NCBI GenBank assembly: GCA_905478855.1
Contig: CAJQKF010000034.1
Location: 2,633 to 66,632 of the forward strand
DNA length: 64,000 bases
From: an uncultured Gammaproteobacteria bacterium
GTDB lineage: Bacteria > Pseudomonadota > Gammaproteobacteria > Arenicellales > CAJQKF01
Direction: 5' to 3'
A model generated the notes under the pieces. The model did not search any database and had not been told where the DNA came from. It saw nothing but the letters and a program-made list of their open reading frames with translations. The position numbers were made by a program, and so were the translations under genes. Each line of letters begins with the position of its first letter. Position 1 is the stretch's first letter. Positions 58,716 to 64,000 of this stretch are shown piece by piece.

Positions 58716-59993
58716 ATGGCAGAAGATACCGGCGAAAGAAAAGGCGATAAGCTGCTCTATTGTTCTTTTTGTGGGAAAAGTCAGCACGAGGTCAGGAAAC
58801 TGATTGCGGGTCCATCCGTGTTCGTATGCGACGAATGTGTGGAACTGTGTAACGAGATAATTCGCGAAGAAGCTGCGGAAGTTGCAGAAGGTCAAACCCG
58901 TGAAACAGGCACACCTACACCACGTGAAATTTGTGAAAAACTTGATGACTATGTGATTGGTCAGGAAGAAGCAAAGAAAATATTGTCAGTAGCCGTTTAT
59001 AACCACTATAAGCGAATTGATAATGAAGACGGTGGGGTAAATGATGTTGATATTTCAAAAAGCAACATATTAATGATTGGCCCTACCGGATCCGGCAAGA
59101 CACTGCTTGCCGAGACACTCGCTAAGCAGTTAAATGTTCCATTTACAATTGCTGATGCGACAACCTTAACCGAAGCTGGTTACGTTGGCGAAGACGTTGA
59201 GAATATTATTCAAAAACTACTTCAAAAATGCGATTACGAAGTTGAGAAAGCCCAGATGGGTATCGTATATATCGATGAGATCGATAAGATTTCTCGAAAA
59301 TCGGATAATCCTTCGATAACACGTGATGTATCCGGTGAAGGTGTTCAACAGGCTTTGTTAAAACTAATCGAAGGCACGGTGGCTTCAGTTCCTCCACAGG
59401 GTGGTCGTAAACATCCTCAGCAGGAATTTCTGCAAGTAGACACTCGAAACGTTTTATTTATATGTGGTGGTGCGTTTGCAGGTCTGGAAAAAGTAATTCA
59501 ATCCAGAACCGAAAAATCAGGAATCGGATTTTCGGCTGACATTCGTTCGAAAAGCTCAGAAGAGCGTGTTGGTGAATTGATCGCCGATCTCGAACCTGAA
59601 GATTTAATTCGCTTTGGCTTGATACCTGAATTTGTTGGCCGATTACCTATCGTTGCGACCTTAACTGAATTGGATGAAGAGGCGCTGATAACGATCTTAT
59701 CTGAGCCCAAAAACGCCCTTGTAAAACAGTATCAAAAGTTATTTGAGATGGAAGGCGTAGTGCTCGAAATTCGATCGGATGCGCTTAGCGCAATTGCCAA
59801 GAAGGCAATGGATCGTCGAACCGGTGCTCGCGGTCTGCGGTCGATATTGGAAAACGCTTTGCTAGATACGATGTATGATTTGCCGTCGATGGAAAATGTT
59901 CAGAAGGTTAGCGTTGATGCAAGTGTTATTAACGATGGTGCGAAGCCTTTATTCGTATTACAAGAAGATCAAAAGAGCGGCACTGATAACTAA
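58716..59993 (+). CDS. clpX: ATP-dependent Clp protease ATP-binding subunit ClpX
   Basis: Zinc-binding [24 protein letters not shown], Walker [12 protein letters not shown], and [10 protein letters not shown]. Confidence 0.97.
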   Translation: MAEDTGERKGDKLLYCSFCGKSQHEVRKLIAGPSVFVCDECVELCNEIIREEAAEVAEGQTRETGTPTPREICEKLDDYVIGQEEAKKILSVAVYNHYKRIDNEDGGVNDVDISKSNILMIGPTGSGKTLLAETLAKQLNVPFTIADATTLTEAGYVGEDVENIIQKLLQKCDYEVEKAQMGIVYIDEIDKISRKSDNPSITRDVSGEGVQQALLKLIEGTVASVPPQGGRKHPQQEFLQVDTRNVLFICGGAFAGLEKVIQSRTEKSGIGFSADIRSKSSEERVGELIADLEPEDLIRFGLIPEFVGRLPIVATLTELDEEALITILSEPKNALVKQYQKLFEMEGVVLEIRSDALSAIAKKAMDRRTGARGLRSILENALLDTMYDLPSMENVQKVSVDASVINDGAKPLFVLQEDQKSGTDN

Positions 59994-60062
59994 TTTAGTA
60001 GTGCGCCAAAAATTAAAAGAACACCTCTGTTTAATATTGACGAGTGAAACCATTAGTCAGTA

Positions 60063-60090
60063 TTGAATAAATGCAGATTAGGCCTCATAG
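60063..60090 (+). promoter_or_regulatory. possible sigma32-type promoter of lon
   Basis: TTGAAT (60063-60068), a 14-nt spacer, then CCTCATAG (60083-60090). It resembles the E. coli lon heat-shock promoter layout, but the -10 is imperfect and overlaps a 7-bp hairpin (CCTCATA/TATGAGG) that could instead be the clpX terminator. Confidence 0.35.
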
Positions 60091-60183
60091 TAAGATTCCT
60101 GTATGAGGCACTGTCTTTAAAGAAAAACCGCAATTTTTTCAAAATTTGGTGATCTCTTAAATCAATTTTGATGGAGCAGTATA

Positions 60184-62592
60184 TTGTCTGTTGTTGAAGA
60201 AACCCGATTCCCTCTCTTGCCGTTGCGTGATGTAGTAGTTTTCCCGCATATGGTGATTCCGTTGTTTGTTGGTAGAAAAAAATCCATCCAAGCCTTAGAA
60301 GTTGCGATGGCTTCTGGAAAAAATATCTTCCTAGCAGCCCAAATGGATGCCGGGGAAGATGAACCAACGTCCGAGAATATTTATCAAGTTGGTACCGTTG
60401 CAAATATACTTCAACTGCTAAAATTACCTGACGGTACTGTTAAGGTGCTGGTCGAAGGGTTAAGACGCGGATCGATTGTTCGATATATGGACGATGAGGA
60501 TTGTTTTAAGGTCGACACGGTGGCGATGAAAGATGACGATGTTGAATCTCGAGAGGCGGAAGTTCTGCAACGAACCGTACTTGCAGAATTTGAACACTAT
60601 GTAAAACTTAATTCGAAAATCCCACCTGAAGTACTAACTTCAATGTCCGGAATAGATGATCTGGGGCGTCTAGCAGATACTATTTCGGCACATTTGAGTT
60701 TACGAAACGACGAGAAACAGAAAATACTAGAACTCGGTAGTGTTCGCCAACGACTGGAGCATATCCTCGGCGTTATGGAGTCTGAGATCGATTTGCTGCA
60801 GGTTGAAAAGCGCATTCGCGGTCGCGTTAAGAAGCAGATGGAGAAGAGTCAGCGCGAATACTATTTGAATGAGCAAATGAAAGCTATTCAAAAAGAATTG
60901 GGCGATATGGATGACGCTCCTAATGAATTAGAAGAGCTTGCTCAAAAAATTGAAGAAGCGGGTATGTCAGTTGAGGCTAAAGAAAAGGCCGACGCTGAAC
61001 TTAAAAAGCTAAAAATGATGTCACCTATGTCGGCAGAAGCAACGGTCGTTCGTAACTACATCGATTGGTTAGTTCAGATTCCATGGAAAAAAAGGTCACG
61101 GGTTTCTAAAGATATCGCTGCTGCGCAAAAGATTCTTGATACTGATCACTATGGCTTGGATAAAGTTAAAGAAAGAATTATTGAATTTCTTGCGGTACAG
61201 CAGCGCATAAAGAAACTCAAGGGTCCAATTCTTTGCTTAGTTGGTCCGCCTGGGGTAGGTAAAACTTCTTTAGGGCAGTCCATCGCTAGAGCTACAAAAC
61301 GAAAGTTTATTCGTATGTCTCTGGGTGGTGTTCGGGACGAGGCTGAAATTCGCGGTCATCGTCGAACCTATATAGGTTCGATGCCGGGTAAGGTTTTGCA
61401 GAATATGTCAAAAGTGAAAACCGTTAATCCTTTGTTTATGCTGGACGAGGTTGACAAAATTTCAACGGACTTTCGGGGTGATCCTTCCTCTGCATTGTTA
61501 GAGGTGTTAGATCCAGAACAAAATAATGCTTTTGGCGATCATTATTTGGAAGTTGACTACGATCTTTCGGAAGTCATGTTTATTGCTACAGCAAATACGT
61601 TAAATATTCCAGGTCCGTTGTTAGATCGAATGGAAGTTATACGAATTTCAGGCTATACCGAAGATGAGAAAATTAATATTGCATCTCGATATCTAGTTAA
61701 AAAACAAATCAAAAATAATGGTTTAAACAATAGCGAAATTTCTATTGGCAAACCTGTGCTATACGATATTGTTCGACACTACACACGTGAGGCGGGCGTT
61801 CGTGGGATGGAACGTGAGATTTCCAAGATATGTAGAAAGGTTGCAACCGAATTGCTCTTAGATCCTGAAAAAAAGAAAATTTCGGTAACCAAAAGAAATT
61901 TAGAGAAGTACCTAGGTATCAAGCAATTTAGATTCGGCATGGCAGATGAGATGAATCGAGTCGGTCAAGTTACGGGATTAGCGTGGACCTCGGTGGGCGG
62001 AGAATTACTGACGATAGAGTCTGTGGCGATTGAAGGAAAGGGTAAGCAGATCTATACCGGTAAACTCGGTGATGTGATGCAAGAGTCTATAAAAACCGCT
62101 GTTAGCGTGATTAGAAGCAGAGCACGTAATTATGGCGTCGATCCACGCTTTTACCAGCAGCAAGATGTGCATATTCACGTTCCTGAGGGAGCCACTCCCA
62201 AAGATGGCCCTAGTGCTGGTGTCGGCATGTGTACTGCATTACTATCGTCTCTGTGCGGTGTTCCGGTGCGAGCTGAGGTTGCGATGACCGGAGAGATTAC
62301 TTTGCGCGGAGAAGTCTTACCGATCGGTGGTTTAAAGGAGAAGTTACTTGCCGCTCATCGCGGAGGAATAAAAACAATTATTTTTCCAATCGATAATGAA
62401 AAAGATCTTGAAGAGATACCCGCAAACATAAAAGAAGGTTTAAACTTAAGGCCTGTTAAATGGATTGATGAGGTATTTGAGATAGCTCTTGAGCATGTTC
62501 CTTCTCCTTTGATTGATACTGAAGAAGAAAAATCTGCTGATACGACAAAAGTTATCGAAAAACCTGCAATAGATGCTGTGGTTGCTCACTAA
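60184..62592 (+). CDS. lon: endopeptidase La (Lon protease)
   Basis: [38 protein letters not shown], and the catalytic region DGPSAGV. 802 aa. TTG start. Confidence 0.97.
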   Translation: MSVVEETRFPLLPLRDVVVFPHMVIPLFVGRKKSIQALEVAMASGKNIFLAAQMDAGEDEPTSENIYQVGTVANILQLLKLPDGTVKVLVEGLRRGSIVRYMDDEDCFKVDTVAMKDDDVESREAEVLQRTVLAEFEHYVKLNSKIPPEVLTSMSGIDDLGRLADTISAHLSLRNDEKQKILELGSVRQRLEHILGVMESEIDLLQVEKRIRGRVKKQMEKSQREYYLNEQMKAIQKELGDMDDAPNELEELAQKIEEAGMSVEAKEKADAELKKLKMMSPMSAEATVVRNYIDWLVQIPWKKRSRVSKDIAAAQKILDTDHYGLDKVKERIIEFLAVQQRIKKLKGPILCLVGPPGVGKTSLGQSIARATKRKFIRMSLGGVRDEAEIRGHRRTYIGSMPGKVLQNMSKVKTVNPLFMLDEVDKISTDFRGDPSSALLEVLDPEQNNAFGDHYLEVDYDLSEVMFIATANTLNIPGPLLDRMEVIRISGYTEDEKINIASRYLVKKQIKNNGLNNSEISIGKPVLYDIVRHYTREAGVRGMEREISKICRKVATELLLDPEKKKISVTKRNLEKYLGIKQFRFGMADEMNRVGQVTGLAWTSVGGELLTIESVAIEGKGKQIYTGKLGDVMQESIKTAVSVIRSRARNYGVDPRFYQQQDVHIHVPEGATPKDGPSAGVGMCTALLSSLCGVPVRAEVAMTGEITLRGEVLPIGGLKEKLLAAHRGGIKTIIFPIDNEKDLEEIPANIKEGLNLRPVKWIDEVFEIALEHVPSPLIDTEEEKSADTTKVIEKPAIDAVVAH

Positions 62593-62687
62593 AACGCTTC
62601 TGATTCCGATACAATAGACGCGTTACAGAAGATGGTGTTATAACCATTAAATAATAAATTTCATCAACTATTATTGGAGATCACAAC

Positions 62688-62960
62688 TTGAATAAATCAG
62701 AACTAGCAGAAGCTTTGGCCGAAAATGCAAATTTATCGAAAACAGAGGCAAATTTAGCACTAGATAGCCTTGTAAAAATCATAACAAGTGCCTTACAATC
62801 CGGCGACAGCGTAGCTATAGCAGGCTTCGGTAATTTTTCAGTAGGTGATAGGGCTGCTCGTACAGGTCGAAATCCTCAAACGGGCGAAGCAATAAATATT
62901 CCGGCTGCAAAATCACCTAAATTCAAGGCTGGTAAAGCGTTGAAAGATGCCGTAAACTAG
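62688..62960 (+). CDS. hupB: DNA-binding protein HU (beta-like)
   Basis: [12 protein letters not shown]....K.....L......I...L..GD.V...[22 protein letters not shown]...P.FKAGK.LKDAVN. TTG start. Confidence 0.95.
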   Translation: MNKSELAEALAENANLSKTEANLALDSLVKIITSALQSGDSVAIAGFGNFSVGDRAARTGRNPQTGEAINIPAAKSPKFKAGKALKDAVN

Positions 62961-62970
62961 CGCGCCCTCA

Positions 62971-63046
62971 GGGTGCTTAGCTCAGTTGGTAGAGCATCGC
63001 CCTTACAAGGCGAGGGTCGCAGGTTCGAGTCCTGCAGCACCCACCA
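62971..63046 (+). tRNA. tRNA-Val (anticodon UAC)
   Basis: Acceptor GGGTGCT/AGCACCC, anticodon stem TCGCC/GGCGA, loop CTTACAA, T-loop TTCGAGT, CCA. Confidence 0.9.
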
Positions 63047-63079
63047 ATCATCACTAGTGTAATGATTGATCGAATATAC

Positions 63080-63156
63080 GGAGCGGTAGTTCAGTTGGTT
63101 AGAATACCGGCCTGTCACGCCGGTGGTCGCGGGTTCGAGTCCCGTCCGCTCCGCCA
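63080..63156 (+). tRNA. tRNA-Asp (anticodon GUC)
   Basis: Acceptor GGAGCGG/CCGCTCC, anticodon stem CCGGC/GCCGG, loop CTGTCAC, T-loop TTCGAGT, G-CCA. Close to E. coli aspT. Confidence 0.9.
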
Positions 63157-63323
63157 TATTTTCGATCGTTTACGAACAACAAATCGGATCATTACAGTTG
63201 CTAGTCATTATTAATCCATATAGGGAATTTTCTTCCGCTTTTGGGTTTATCGTTCAAGACGTTGACTGTAGGAACCAGATTCCACTATGTCACTTCACCA
63301 TCTGATAGATTAGTTTCCTTGCC

Positions 63324-64000
63324 ATGCTTACTAAGATTAGAGAAAAATCCACAGGAATATTCGCTTGGGTTATTGTAACGATAATTACAGTACCTTTTGC
63401 ATTGTGGGGTATTAACTCCTACTTTGAAGGCGGCGGAGAAGCTCTAGTTGCGTCTGCAGAGGGTGTCGATATCGATTTGAATACCTATCAAGCAGCGCTC
63501 GCAGAACGCCGTAGAGTTACAGCGCAAGTCTTTCAGCAGAATATAGATCCGACAATTTTTGAATCGAAAGAGTTTAAAATGCAGGTGCTCGATGGCTTGA
63601 TAAATAATGCTAGTGAAGCCTCGTTTGCCGAGAGAACAGGGTATCGTATCAGTGAAGAACAACTAGGGGCCACTATTAGAGTTTTACCGTATTTTCAAAA
63701 TAATGGTGTGTTTGATTCGGCTCAATACGCAAACACTATTCGAAATGCGGGAATGAGTGTCGCACGGTTCGAACAACAACAACGTCAGCAAATAGTTAAT
63801 GAGCAAATACGGGCTGCATATATAGATTCAGTTGTAATAAGTAATGCAGAAGTTGACAGGGTAGTGCAGTTGCTTGAACAAACTCGGGCAGCGGACTATG
63901 TGGTTTTGGGCAGTGACGATTCTGTTGTAGATATCTCTGTATCTGAAGATGAAATTCGCTCTGAATACGACTTGAACAACAGTAAGTACTTTGCACCCGA
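63324..64000 (+). CDS. ppiD: periplasmic chaperone / peptidyl-prolyl isomerase PpiD, N-terminal part (continues past the window end)
   Basis: The frame is open from ATG 63324 to the window edge, so it is not in the ORF track. MLTKIREKSTGIFAWVIVTIITVPFALWG (N-terminal membrane anchor) ... FE....QQI...Q. Its position after lon-hupB matches E. coli. Confidence 0.8.
   Translation, partial: MLTKIREKSTGIFAWVIVTIITVPFALWGINSYFEGGGEALVASAEGVDIDLNTYQAALAERRRVTAQVFQQNIDPTIFESKEFKMQVLDGLINNASEASFAERTGYRISEEQLGATIRVLPYFQNNGVFDSAQYANTIRNAGMSVARFEQQQRQQIVNEQIRAAYIDSVVISNAEVDRVVQLLEQTRAADYVVLGSDDSVVDISVSEDEIRSEYDLNNSKYFAP

Overview
This 64 kb window looks like chromosome from a moderately AT-rich, probably marine, gammaproteobacterium. 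That call rests on synteny read by eye: kbl-tdh, bamD/rluD, and tig-clpP-clpX-lon-hupB-ppiD. No database search or computation was possible.

Most of the window is ordinary:
- an Entner-Doudoroff operon (zwf-pgl-edd-eda-pgi);
- heat-shock genes (clpB, htpG, lon), each with a recognisable sigma32-type promoter;
- N-end-rule transferases (aat, bpt);
- a ProXVW-type betaine ABC transporter;
- an NfeD/SPFH pair;
- seven tRNA genes.

Four things stand out:
1. The tRNA-Arg(UCU) gene at 55818-56180 is split in its anticodon loop by a 286-nt ORF-less insertion that carries the core signatures of a group I self-splicing intron.
2. A ~3.7 kb mini-island (1538-5733) sits in the 3' end of a flavin oxidoreductase gene. 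It is bounded by ~236-bp direct repeats of that gene's 3' end and carries a truncated tyrosine integrase. Its single large cargo gene encodes a three-domain protein: PqqD/RRE-like, then sulfotransferase, then GT90/CAP10-like glycosyltransferase.
3. An amine/guanidino-compound catabolic neighbourhood (8.8-19.2 kb) contains a non-pyrrolysine MttB homolog, an agmatine-deiminase-like enzyme, a creatinase-like M24 hydrolase, a flavin monooxygenase and a fused kinase/phospho-lyase-type aminotransferase. An unfused paralogous kinase + aminotransferase pair lies at 36.7-38.9 kb.
4. kbl has an in-frame TAG at a conserved Glu codon.

I saw no CRISPR array, transposase or recognisable defence system.
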